From positions 12,523,375 through 12,587,374 of the forward strand of contig OZ316897.1 of the NCBI GenBank assembly GCA_973895155.1: 64,000 nucleotides of DNA, written 5' to 3'. Source of the stretch: Marsupella aquatica (Eukaryota; Plantae; Marchantiophyta). The notes under the pieces are model-generated. The model was not told the origin of the DNA. It ran no database searches and worked only from the letters and a program-made list of their open reading frames with translations. Each line of letters opens with the position of its first letter. Within the stretch, counting starts at the first letter, position 1. The position numbers were made by a program, and so were the translations under genes. Below are positions 38,790 through 51,255 of the stretch, one piece after another.

Positions 38790-39151
38790 GGGCCCTCTTG
38801 CAATATGCAAGGTCCTCTGTTTTGACCCTCAAGTGAACCCCGTGGCATTTCACATTTCAGCAACAGTGAGGCAGTCCTGGTGGCGTATTTGGTGGAGAAG
38901 CAAGGGCAAAGGCTGGAAATTATCCGCCCGTTGAGATCCCAAACCTTCAAAAGCGAATAAAACAAAACTACACTCATACTGCCATGTAGAATCGAGGGTT
39001 GGAAACAGCAAGAAAGACAGAGGACTGAGTGGGCACATTACACCTATTTCCTTTGCTGATTGCGTGCAGATTTGAGTTCTCACTTTCTTCCCGGAAATTT
39101 TGGGCTAGTAAGGGCCACTTTCTTGAAGACCTTGCACATGCAAGACAGCCC
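38790..39151. mobile_element. PIF/Harbinger MITE, 362 bp, inverted homolog of 1486-1745
   Basis: TIRs GGGCCCTCTTGCA / TGCAAGACAGCCC, CTA TSD on both sides. Confidence 0.75.
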
Positions 39152-42100
39152 CTAGGTGAAGTGGGTCCCCAACTTGTCTCCTAGTAAATTATTCTAGCAC
39201 CATATAGTATAAATATCTTTACAAAGGACCGTAAAAATGAGTCCAAACTCATTCCAGCACCATATTCATCGTATAAGACATTGGGGACCATGATATGGTT
39301 CCAAACCCTCACTACCCGGAGGGTGTTAAATGACTGATGCTTTAGCTTCGTAAGGAAACTAAGTGCCCCCAAGGTCTTGTCAAGCCACCCTAACTACGAT
39401 AGTTCTCTTTGATATCTAATGTTTGCATACATGTGTCAAAGCATTAATGAAATCTGCCTCCCAACTATCAGGTAGGAAGGTTCTAGTTACATGGAAATTC
39501 AAATGGTTTAAATGTATATGCATGGGTCATATCATTATAGGAAGTCAACTGGTTTCAGATGTAGACATTTATGAAGGAGGGTACCTCCCAGGGTAGTGGA
39601 TGAGTACACCCTTCATGTTTATTAGTGTGAGTTAGAAGTTAATGCTATTAACAACAAAATGCAATTCGTGTAAAGTTTATTTAAGTGAAACTAATTCAGG
39701 CATGTAACGAAATTTGCTTCACCAGAACTATTGAAGACACGCTAGTCATGAAGAGGAGTATGACGACCTTACCTTAACCGTGATTTGATAATTGGGCCAC
39801 TTGGCATTAAGATTGGCCACCAAAAACAAGTGCTAAGCATAGAAAGCCTCGCTTCACCAGAATTAGTGTTACTCTATTTGTGGCAAGCTGTCTAGCTACC
39901 TTGCCTCTGACATAATTGATGAAAAGAAGGGCCAATTGGCACCTTCCGTTGGTGGGCTCGACTTCCCACGATTGAGGACATTCCTCCTGAAGAAGTTCCT
40001 CTAAAATCATGCTGGATGCGGAAGTACAAAAGAAGTTTCTCGACCAGCTGTGTGCAGAGCGACGTAAACACATACGCGCGGATTGAGTCATTCTAGCTAA
40101 CAACCATAAATTGGAGTGGTTCAGTACAGTTGTGAAATGCGAACAATATATCCAGTTGGTTCACCTGGAAGATCCTCCCCTGAGGTAGTGTGCGTGACCG
40201 GGAAAAGACTCGAGCGATGGTAGAGTGGGACTTGCTGAATAACGATTATCGTGCCTGCTTTGCGCCCACATGTGTCAGTCCTTTTGGCAAAGGTTAAACT
40301 AGTGTCGGTTGAAATTTCCTGATGCACTTTCAGTGGTTCTTACAGACACAAATCTAGAGTCTTGGCGAGAGTGACTGAGTTTCGTCTCTCCCACAGATAT
40401 TATTCACACGTCTAACATAAAAGGTGGTGTTGATTTGGACCTTTTTCTATTCGAAAGACGGTTCGTAGAATTTTGTTTGAAGTGTGCATCTGCATCTAGT
40501 GCATTGCAAGATTCCGAAGCATGTTGCTTCTCACATCGCAGATAACCCCTTACTCCCACTGGGCCGTGGAGGCCACCTGGGGTTTGCTTAGGACTTTATT
40601 GACTCATTTTTACAAGATCTCAGCTGAAATCGTGCCGAGACAGCTACACAATAGATCAATCAAAAGAATTACATCGCTCAGACCGCACATGGAGAATTTA
40701 TTTTCTGCTGGATTTCGGCATCATCAGCTAGTCCTTCGCCAAGACTTCCTATCGTCCACACCTATTCCCTCCATGAGCAGTTAGGAGACACCCGTACTAC
40801 ATGGGTCCCTTAAACTGAAGCAGTAGCTATTCGCTGATCGTGTTAGAACCCGCAGGATGCGTGCATGTTGAAAACCCAAAGCATCCAGGGATTTTGAAAG
40901 GAACATAGGGTGCGTGGATGTTGAGAAAACAGAGTCAATGGACATTTCCTAGGGATCTCGCACTGAGATGAGACCAATCTAGGTGAATGTATGACATGCA
41001 TGCTCCAGTGAAAATTTGAAACTTATCACCAATGTTACCCCAAGGCTTCTGATTCTTCGTGACCTGTACAACGTGGGTTATGGTCAGGTCGAATTCTGAA
41101 ACAAATCAAACATCCTCAGTGGAAGAAGATGCAGTTAACACTGTTGTCTATCTTCAAGCTACCAGAACAATCTTGTGCTTCACAAACGTACCAAACTACT
41201 CCAGGTTTCATACTTGCCTAGACAAGTGCCTCGAGAGCCGGTCAGCACTTAAATCACAAGTGTGAGAATTACAATACTCCGTGGGATGAGCGCTAAACAG
41301 AGTTAGCGACACTAGAAAGCTGAAACAGAGAAGCCCTACCACAACAAATAGTCCGAACGAGTCCCGCTTCGATGGTTCTTCGAAACAGACACGACACACA
41401 TTTGTTAAGCGCGGAAGCAGACTTACCTTTCTGATCATGTCGTTCACATTGAGCAAGCACAGATCCACATACACTGCAGCTGCAGTCAGCTTTCCAATGG
41501 ACAGCCCAGTAACGCGTCAGGCCACCTACCATAGTAAGAAAAGGTCCAATCTGACGAGCATAAGTCAAACTTAGAATCAATCAGCCTCCCATACTTGAAG
41601 ACGAGACTCGACAGGGGGTTGTGACAGAGAGTGGTTGCGACAAGAGAAAGCTGATGAAACTCGATGCGGCTCAACAGGCCCAGCAGGCTCCAAACACATC
41701 AGCAAAGATCAAGCGAAGCAAGACGAAACCCAGTCACATCCAACAAGGACGTTTCTAGCTAATTTCACACATGATGGCTCAAAGTAATTTTCGAAACATC
41801 GGGGAACAATGATTACTACACATTATTTTACGATCGCATCATAAAGAGTCAGGGGATCCCCCTTAGGTGCCCCATCGTAACGTATTACTTTATCGTGGGG
41901 ACAACAGGACATTAGGCTCCACTGACCTTAAGAGTCAACCAAAAACTATCCAACTGGGAATAAACGCTAAGTGCACTGAGGGGGTGCGACATAGGATTCT
42001 TCCAGTGCCCTTGTTAATGTTAGCAAGCTGATGACTTGGTTGGAAGCTCGCATCACATATTCCAGACGGTCCACGCAAACATGTATCCGGGTTGCCTCTA

Positions 42101-42405
42101 CATGCGACTTCGAGGTCGCTATGATTAAAACTGCCACCAAGATGAATGGGGTTCTATTGCACCCTCATTTATTTTGAAGATTGTACCATACTTTCTAGCA
42201 GGAGGTACAAGCCTCAAAACACCTCATCGTGGTGAACAAAAGCTGCCTCGGCAGCTTGCGGAACGGCGAGTGCAGCAATGACGTGCTTTGCAGCACAGCT
42301 TGCTCGCCGGCTGGAAGCCATCCCTAAACGTCAACACAAAGGTGGCCAACGCAACTTTTGTATGACGGATGAGAGCAATATAGAGATCTACAATCTGACC
42401 CATAG

Positions 42406-42850
42406 TCAACTCTTCTTGGATTTGGTTGCTGCTTCTAGTGACTTGATACCCTTCCACAAATATCGCCCGCTAGCCATGTCAACTAACGTCCAAAAGCTTG
42501 AGGAAAGTTTCGAGCAGATCTGCAGAATATAAACCAAAAAATGGATTACTCATCGGCACATAGGAAGAAGAGAGAATAAACATCTATCGTTATTCCCACT
42601 CATCTGAACGCAACAAGATCTGAGTTTCTCGACATGAATGGAGAGAAGGGAGCAGGGTATATCCAGGTGAGAAAGAGACCTGTTGCTTAGATGCACGTCC
42701 ATCAGCGCCCACGGTCGTGGAATCCTCGCCTTGTTGCTCTTCTGTCTGATGAAGTGCACTCAGCTCATCGCTTTTGGAGTAATTCCTCCACGCAAGGTAG
42801 AACCCCAATATAGCCGAAAAGAGAATCAGAAATATCCGCATCGGACACAT
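42406..42850 (-). CDS. Conserved plant small membrane protein of unknown function (MCP.R...DMASGRYLW family), 94 aa; exons 42850-42680 and 42519-42406
   Basis: Exon 1 MCPMRIFLILFSAILGFYLAWR... spliced CAG|GTCTCT...TGCAG|ATC (160-nt phase-0 intron) to ICSKLSSSFWTLVDMASGRYLWKGIKSLEAATKSKKS*. Both motifs match a family conserved across land plants. Confidence 0.85.
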
Positions 42851-44424
42851 TTTCGGTTCTCGTTCCACAACACCCCGCTCCTACGCTCTGACACCCTGTG
42901 GTCCACCCCTACGGTTCCCAGCAAGTGAGCCTCAAGTATGCAGCCGACTATTGCCACACCCGAGGGAAACCAAAATTTGCGCTGCAACCAATGCTTCAGT
43001 CGTTCATTCGCTCATCGAGACTCCTTTACGTGCCCTGCCGTGCCCTAACAACCTTAATATGTACTGACAAAGCTGTGAAGCAGATCGATAGCCTTCAATA
43101 TGTTTCTTCCCTCCGCTAAGCACTTCCTCCTTCTATGCCCACCAAGCGCGCCCACTTCCCCTCTCCGCGGAGCAAGAAACCGTATGTAAAAGAACAACAA
43201 CACACTCAACGCGGAACACGCAGCAATGGATCGACTGCATGGGACAATTCCAACAAAATGCACGAACAAAGCAGACCACGCTAGCATACACTTCCGGGTT
43301 CCAGGAAGGCTGAAGAGATCAAATTGCAATGGCAGAGTCAGTACTCGGACGATCAGCTCATCAAGGTCTCACAAAAGACCGAAGAGGAAGGTCAGCCAGT
43401 TCGGAAAGGCCCACACGCAGGGGGTACCAGGTCAACCACAGAACCGACACACATGCATTGCCCCGCACTGAGACCAGAAGATGGGCGATGTGGAGCAGGT
43501 AACGCGGTACAGAATCCGTCAATCCGTCATCATTATGCTCTGCAATTGGCGCCCCTGCCGCAGTGCTCCTGCTCCTGCCGCTGCTTCTGAAATCTGAATT
43601 CTGAAGTGAGGTGGGGTGGGCAGTCAAAGGACAGCCAGCGCCCAGTTGGGCGTCGAAGGAGAAGAAGAAGAAAGACTTCTGTCCTTCTGTCAATCTGCCC
43701 TTCGGATGCTTTTTCGAGGTCTCGCGCTATCATGATCCGAGAGTGGAGCTTGCGGCTCACGTCAGGAGGATCAGGCGCGCAGAGCGGACTCAATCAGTGG
43801 AGCTACATTCGCCATAGCCACGCCTGCAATTGTTCAGACCGTGCCGGACACTGTGGGTGTGGGACCCCTGTATACAGCCTTGACACGAAGCACGACGCCA
43901 CGACGGGCTCGACGAGCCGTGTAAGTTACACTAGTGAGTCGGATGCACGAAGGTGCGAAGCGGTGTTTACAGTGTAATTGGTCGTGCTTTTCCGCGTGGA
44001 CTGCGGGCCCTTACTCCATCCAACTGTAGTCCAGTCGGCTCCAGACAGACAGCTACGATCCACATACGGAAGTACTGTACGTTATAGTGGGGCAGCGAAG
44101 AAAGGACAAAGTCGAGGGAGAGCTTTTATTTTAGCAGCCCTATCTTTAATTAATGGTTTGTCTTTTTTGACAGGTGGCGAATATCAGTTTGTTCAAGGAG
44201 AAGGTGCGAGGAGCCTTCCTTATCTCATTCTCCTTAATTCAAGGAGAATTATGGGTCGAGCTCAGATTCTAGGGAATGGGCTCTGTACTGTAGCTAAGGA
44301 GTAAGGAGGGCTTTACAAGGAGTAGGCAACACGGCATAATATTCTTGGGAATGGGGTCTTGGGAGTGGGGTCTGTAGCTAAGGAGGCCTTACAAGTAGTA
44401 GGCAACGGCAGTTTTTCTATTGGA

Positions 44425-45673
44425 CGAGCTCAATCAATACCGGTCTATTGCACAAAAGATGTCATTAAGAAAAACATTGTCATGATGCCCAAGATATGGT
44501 TAAGAGAAAAATTGTCATGATGCCCAAGATATGGTTAAGAGAAAAATTGTCATGACGCCCAAGATGTCCTTAAGAGAATAGATGTAATGTCACCCAAGTT
44601 AGATGTTGTTAAGAGAAAAGATATCACCAAAGATATCTTTAAGAGTAAAGATGTCATGTTGCCAAAGATGTAGTTGAGACAAACGATGTCACTATGCCCA
44701 AGATGCCGTTAAGAGAAAAAATGTTGTTGAGTATAAAGTTGTTATTAAGTACAAAACGGTCCATAAGTAAAGTGACGTCGTTAGTCATATATGTTGTCAA
44801 GTCTCCGTTGCACAAAAGATGTTGTTGCGTTAGTACGTCATTGCATTTACAATGTTGTTAAATAAAAGAAGTTGTTAAGTAAAATATGTTGTTGCTCAAA
44901 GACGTCGTTGCGCAAAAGATGTAGTTTACTAAAAGATCTCGATCGGCAAACAACGTCAATGGGTAAAAGATGACATTGTGCTAAAGACGTAGTTGAAATA
45001 ATATCATGGTGCCAAAGAAATCTTTGTTAAAAAGATCTTATTGCGTAAAAACAAATTGTGGAGTGAAAGACCTCATGACACAAAGAGAGGCAACAACCAC
45101 CACCAAAGTACAGCAAAATGAGAATGATGTTTTAAATTGCTTTTTTCATTTATATATTTTTTAACCATAATAGCCTCCCATGCAAAGTGGCTACTTGCAT
45201 TCCAGCCAGTAGCATGTGAGGAGGCAGAAGGCATCTATCTAGCACTACATTATCCGTACGGTACAAGTAACGCAACACTAACCCCCACCAATTCAAGGAC
45301 TGTGTGACAATAGCTCCAGTCCATCACTTTCTGATTGGGGACAGCACAAGTGATGACTTTAAGAATAGGTCTAATAAGAGAATTTTTGCCAAATTATACA
45401 AACCAATAATTGCAAAACTTAATTTATTACCCTAAACCCTTCAAGGGGCTGTCATGTGCTTGTGTTAGTGCACAAATAGACTTGTGGATAAACGATAAAG
45501 TAAGAGTAATTAGGCCTTGTCACAACAGGGTCATAAGTGGGGTACGGCCAAGGACATAAAATAATGTTATGGTTGAAACAGAAAACCTTCCAGGTTACCT
45601 ACATAGGTGCCCAATAAGGATAGGACATCCACAAAGTCACAGCAATGATACCTGTCTTATAGCAATTATTGGA
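44425..45673 (-). mobile_element. Older degenerate Helitron copy with 33-bp tandem repeats (far boundary uncertain)
   Basis: A|CGAGCTCAAT..ACCGGTCTATTGCACAAAAGA resembles the A|CTAGCTCAATACCTGTGCGTTGCACAAAAGA end at 45741. The same repeat array follows (~44450-45050). Confidence 0.5.
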
Positions 45674-45681
45674 CGCCCTAT

Positions 45682-47148
45682 TAGGGAGTCTCAAAGTTGA
45701 CATTCAATTTGATGTACCTTAACTCCCTAGTTATGGTTTACTAGCTCAATACCTGTGCGTTGCACAAAAGAAGTCGTGTCGGCCAAGATGTCGTTGAGAA
45801 AAAATGATGTCATGTCAGCCAAGAGGTCGTGGAGAGAAAAGATGTTGTGTCGGCCAAGAGGTCTTGGAGAGAAAATGTTGTGTCGCCCAAGAGGTCGTTG
45901 AGAGAAAAGATGTCGTGTCGCCCAAGAGGTTGTTGAGAGAAAAGAAGTCATGTTGGCCAAGATGTCGTTGAGAAAAAAAGATGTGTTGGCCAAGAGGTCG
46001 TGGACGGGGTCGTGGAGAGAAATCATGTAGAGTCGCCCTAAAGGTCATTCATTGAGAGAAAATAAGTCATTGAGAAAAAATATGTGTCGGCCAAGATGTC
46101 GTTAAATTTTTTTTGTCATGTCGGCCAAGATGTTGTTGAGAAAAAAGATGTCATGCCGGCAAAGACATCATTGCGGGAAAAGATGTCGTGTCGGCCAAGA
46201 CATCGTTCAGGAAAATACCCGTGTGTTGCACAAAAGATATTGTTAAGAAAAACTATTGTTCCTTTCAAACCTTAACCTCCCCCTTTTCCCCTTCTCCTAT
46301 TTTTGGTCTTCTCTTTTTCACATTCACCATCACTCCACTTGTTCACCCCCCCCCCTTCCCCACCCATGTGAGATCGAGGGGCTACCCTACATTGAGATTG
46401 TGCCCCTTGCCTGAGCCCTTGCCATCAACACCCATGCCATGCTCTTCACTATGTCTTTGGGCCTTATTACTTTTGTTTTTTTGGCATTGAAAATGACATT
46501 GCAAATGACTGTAAAAATCACCACAAATATTGGGAGAATAGTTTTTTTATTGATCTAGTGACTAAAATGTTATTAACAATTAAATTACTTTTATGGAATC
46601 TTACCAGTATTATACAAAATTATGATGCACACAATATTGAAATATGTACAATGAATATGTACAATACAAATTTGCATGTGAATATGTACAATATTTACTT
46701 GCATGGATGTATATTCCTTGATCCTTGTACATTGATCCTTGTGCATTATGTTAAAGTCTTTCATTTCTTTTTTCGTGTGATTATTCTTACTTGTCTTGGG
46801 CACCGGTGTAACTTTTTGTGACTCACACTAAATTCAATTCACACTTTGGCTTTATTGTTTACCTTTAACCAGATTTTTTAATTTTTGTGCCCTGCAAATT
46901 TGAATTACGATCACTCTAAAAAGTGGCACAACTGTGTATTATAGTTCTTGATGGATACAAAAAGTTTTGGGCTACAGAATTCACAGTCCATAACTTTTTG
47001 CCATAACCATTGGTCATGGTAGAGGTTGATGAAAGAAAAACAAAAAATAATAATTTATGGAATCTTGTGAAAATGTTATGACCTATTCTTTATGACCAAA
47101 TGCCATCCTTCAAGCCTAATGCCATCATCCAAACTTTGAGACACCCTA
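45682..47148. mobile_element. TIR MITE (family A) interrupted by a Helitron
   Basis: Ends TAGGGAGTCTCAAAG / CTTTGAGACACCCTA. Excising 45741-46951 restores GGTTTA|TGGATACAAAAAGTT, as in other family A copies. Confidence 0.8.
45741..46951 (-). mobile_element. Complete non-autonomous Helitron, 1211 bp
   Basis: Minus strand A|TCAAGAACTATA...TGTGCAACGCACA (hairpin) GGTATTGAG CTAG|T. Inserted between A and T with no TSD. Internal ~33-bp tandem array at 45765-46250. Confidence 0.85.
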
Positions 47149-47430
47149 TTGTGCATGAAAAATATAGGGGACAAAGTGACTCCACAGACAATGGCAACAG
47201 TGGTGAGCGACTCAACACACAATAGCAAACTTGGTGAGAGGTTGGTGAATTTTATTTTTTTTAATTAAATTTACAGAGTCTTGTGAAAATGTTATGACCT
47301 ATTCTTTATGACCAAATGCCAACATTCAAGCAGAATGCCATCATCCAAGCTTCGAGATGCCCTATAGTGCATGAAAAATATAGGGGACAAAGTGGTGAGC
47401 GACTCAACACAAAATAGCAAACTTGGTGAG
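47052..47430. repeat. Tandem duplication spanning the MITE right terminus and its flank
   Basis: 47052-47238 is repeated at 47268-47430 (TCTTGTGAAAATGTTATGACCTATTCTTTATGACCAAATGCCA...GCAAACTTGGTGAG). The second copy lacks about 24 bp. Confidence 0.8.
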
Positions 47431-49588
47431 TCCGGATTAGAGGACAGTTTCACACTGGCCAATGCTCTCACTCTTCTTCAATTGTAGACATGCCCATGAT
47501 CGTCTACCAACGTGTGTGGAATTTCCAGACTCTAAGCGCTTCTCAATAATCTTCAAGAAAGGAGCTTTATTCTTGAGACACTTGTGCACATTGTCTAAAC
47601 GATGGTGACTCCTGCCAAGTAGGTTGTTTTCCCGGCAGTATCTGGTGCAACTCTGCGATCCTTGTCGCTCCCATTGTATTTAAAATCTTTCCAGGTCTCT
47701 CCCCACTCTATCCACAATAATGCCCTCTGCATTGTCTTCACTGCCAGCTTCAATGGTACGCTCGACTCCAACTCATCAAATGGCTGCAGATTCGTTCTCA
47801 AAGGGAATAGTCTCATCAGTATGCATCGATGTGCATCTTACAACTGGTCACAGTTGTCAATGCCTAATGTAGTGTCTACGGTACAACATGTTATTTACAA
47901 ATCTCGCCTCCTCAATCAACAGCGGGACACAGCTCATCTTCAGACGCTTCCTACTGTTAGTCACGGTTTAGGTTCATATGTCACGATTGTCAAGTAAAAC
48001 AGTTCCTATCTCCACCTATCACATGATTTGGTTCAATAGTAAACATCGGAATCATCATAAAATAAAGACGAGAACAATGTTTGAAACTCACTCGCAGAGG
48101 GATGCCATTTTTCAATTTATGGCTGAATGTCCCAATCCGACGATTGTGTACTACTGCAAATTAATACAGTCTTTCAGCGGAAGTCGCGGACTCTTAAGTC
48201 ACAAGGTTTGGTTGAGTGGCAAATGCAAGTATTTCTGAATGTGCTTCAAGCTTCATTCATGAGCAGATCTCCAAAAGCCTTAGATCCTGTCAGTGTCTCC
48301 CACATATAATTGACACTCACCTCAAACAAATGCATTTTCAGGCAGAGCTTCTCCCATACACAATCATGTTGTGCACAGGCCGTCATACTGTCAATCGTAC
48401 TCCTACAAACCAATACTACCTACCGAACAGGGTCCACGATGGCTGGAGGTATTCATGCAAAGGCTCGAAAAATTCCGAGCAGACAACAGGAGGTTTCCTG
48501 AGTGAACCTTGTAATGAAACCAAAATGGCATCCACGAAAATCAACTGACAGCATCCTGCTTTACAATCATCCGTCTCATGCCATCACAATCCACAAAATT
48601 ATGAAAATTGAAGTTGTGATTGTAGTGATGCTTTGCGAGAGCTCAACTGCCTTCAACACTGAAACTGTCCTCGCCTCGGCCCTCGGTCATCAACTAAGCC
48701 ACTTTCCCTTGATATGTTCCCAGTCAAACTAGGCACCACAACGGCAAGAACGATTAGACAAAAAAATGACACTACTTGTCTTCCCTTGGACAGTCAGGAT
48801 AGGAACCAGAGTTTCAGTGTAGATTGCACCCAACACATAATCGGCTGACTGGCCTATTGCACTTATTCTCTCAATGACAGTGCCCGAGGAACCACTAACT
48901 GGTGAGAGAATTGTTTCCATTTCAAATTCAGCCATTTTCTGAGAAAGAAAGTTCGAAAATTCTTAACCTGTAGCAGAATTGTAGGACTTTTAAAACTCGT
49001 CCACGGAAAGAATACCTGCATAAATGAGTACTAACCAGACGGCAACGACCATTACAAAGAGGAGGCCAAAAGTTATGAGCCAATCCATCGCAAGACATGC
49101 GGTCGACACAATAAGCAGCGAGTAAAACACGGAGCAGGGGGAACATTGTATCGTGGAGGAAAATTCGATCTCACAATTTGTTGGTATGATTGACCAGAAT
49201 CTTCACTTATAAACTCGTAAGGTCCATCTACCTAAACGTCCACACCCACGTCACGTCAGTATTACTGACGACATTGTTATGACCGGATGACAAGAGGAAT
49301 TAAAATTCTACCGTACCATTATTTCGGGTAAAACAGCACTCTGTCCCCAAAGCGTAAATTTACCCCAATCCATGATCAACGCCACGGACGGTTTTAAAAA
49401 TGTACATGACTAACTAAGCCTAGAATTAGATACGTTAACATGGTCACCACCAGTCTTAACAAATTCAGAGGAGAGCGGAAATCTTCGACAACCATCGCTC
49501 AGAAGCCAACCCTTCTGTCTGTCTGTTGGCAACCTCTGCCTCTCGTCAACAACACCATCGCCAGGAACTCCAGGCCCAAAGTCATTCG

Positions 49589-50434
49589 CTATTCAAAGGC
49601 CCACTGGTTCTCCCTCCTGACCTCCTCTTCCTCTTCTGGAGTGAAGTCGTTCTTGATATTGAACGTCTTCCTGATTTCCTCGGGAGTCTTGCCCTTGATC
49701 ATGTCCGCAACAGTTTGGCATGTCAAGTCGAGCAAGTTTTTTATGTTCAGGTAGTTGGCAGCCTGGAGGAAAAATGACGAAGATAGAGAATCAGAAATAA
49801 CTAATCGCTAGGAAAGAGCGACCACGCCATGGTGCAGTACAGTACATTACAGTACACTTGTTAAGGCAAAAATTTAAATAATGGAAAGCTTTGCCTCTCC
49901 AATTCGCAACAAATTTTAGTAAAATCGAGTTAAGAAGCCGAAGGTCACACAAAGCACAAGTTCAAGGACCATGTATATCATATCAGGGCTATACCCTAAC
50001 TCCGATGACGAGAGACAAGACAATTGACCCGCTCCTTTGCAAAGCACCAAACCCTGATGATATGATGTCGCTGCCCTAAAACCGACCACATAACAACGGA
50101 CGAGCGAGGGAAAAGGGTACTTCGAACTTACCAGGATGAGATCGAAGAGCGTGGCCTGGTCGACCTTGACGAACTCCGCATCCCATTGCTTGATTTCGTC
50201 CTCGGGAACGGCCGGCTTCTCGTCAGAGACCTTCTGCGAGCCGACGTGGTATCTGCAATACTCGATGACCTTGGCCAGGATCTTGCTGGAGACATTGGGC
50301 AAGGGAATCGCGGTGTCGGTTCCGGTGTCCTCGATCATGTTCTTCACGGTCTGCGACTCGTAAGCGACCGCCTCGTCCACTTCGAACATCTCATCGTCCG
50401 ACGACTTCAGCTTCACCTTGTTATCCATCGACAT
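49589..50434 (-). CDS. SKP1: SKP1 (ASK1-like) SCF ubiquitin-ligase adaptor, 158 aa; exons 50434-50132 and 49762-49589
   Basis: [43 protein letters not shown]|[57 protein letters not shown]. 369-nt GTAAGT...CCAG intron at the conserved L/AANY position. Confidence 0.97.
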
Positions 50435-50875
50435 CTCCGCTTCCTTGTTTGGTTGATTGCCTGCTTCTCCCTACAGGGCTCTACTCGCTCGCTGGCTGTC
50501 TCTTTGGTGGTGCTTGCTCTCAAATTACAGAGAGCGCACGAATTGCGTTCTCCTCGATAGGTGCTCGTGGGTGGGTCAATCGATCTCGGCTCCCGGTCTC
50601 GATAGAAAAGTCGACCGCGTGGTTCAGCCGACCGACCACGACGATGGGTCTGCCGGTCCGATTTCGCTCGACAAAGCAGACCTTTTCAGAAGGCGCACAG
50701 TGGAGAACGACGATGACGACGACGACGACGACGAAGAAGAAACGAAAGAGCGCACAGAAACGTAAGAGAAGAAAAGAGCACACAGAGAAATGCAAACGAA
50801 GAAAACGAGAAAAGGGAGAAGAGGAGGAAGCAACGAAGAGCGTACAGAAAACCGGGCACGTGACCACAGCTACGT

Positions 50876-50986
50876 GATCACAATACCGTGTACAATATTG
50901 TGCGCAAGATCACAATACGGTGTACAATATTGTGCGCAAGATCACAACAGTGTGTACAATATTGCGCGCAAGATCACAATATTGTA
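50876..50986. repeat. 32-bp tandem repeat x3.5 upstream of SKP1
   Basis: GATCACAATACCGTGTACAATATTGTGCGCAA units at 50876, 50908, 50940 and a partial at 50972. Palindromic core CAATATTG. Confidence 0.9.
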
Positions 50987-51003
50987 AAATATGTGTAAAA
51001 TAT

Positions 51004-51255
51004 TAGGGCGTCTTGAAAAATTAGGGATAATTGTATTTGATCATAAATAAAAGATCATAACTTTTTCTCAAGATTGTGTAATTTTTTTCTTTGGCCAGCC
51101 TCTCGAGTGACTAATGGTTATGTCATAAAATCAATCTTTATGACTCTATGACAAAAATTTATGGACTATGAATTTTGTAGTCCATAACTTTTTGTGTCCA
51201 TAACCTATAACTTGAGAGTTAAGGTGCATCAAATTGCCAGCTTTGAGACATCTCA
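51004..51255. mobile_element. TIR MITE (family A), uninterrupted copy
   Basis: Ends TAGGGCGTCTTGAA / TTTGAGACATCTCA. The interior matches the split copies at 45682-47148 and 51667-58440. Confidence 0.7.

Noticed and set aside
43330-43540. Box C/D snoRNA (ATGATGA, TGATGA..CTGA on the minus strand)
   Set aside because: C-D spacing is wrong, there is no terminal stem and I recognise no rRNA-antisense guide.
44418-45675. 9-bp TSD (TATTGGACG) implying a MULE
   Set aside because: There are no TIRs inside the repeat, and the left end matches the Helitron 3' terminus better.
44450-46250. CRISPR-like 33-bp repeats and the repeat-derived ORFs at 45727-46048
   Set aside because: No spacers. The repeats are internal to Helitron copies and the ORFs are low-complexity by-products.
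47595-49146. Short ORFs downstream of SKP1
   Set aside because: No recognisable homology or consistent splice structure.
49440-50987. ORFs antisense to or upstream of SKP1 (poly-T, poly-D and poly-V tracts)
   Set aside because: Antisense shadows and translations of the (GAC)n/(GAA)n microsatellite.
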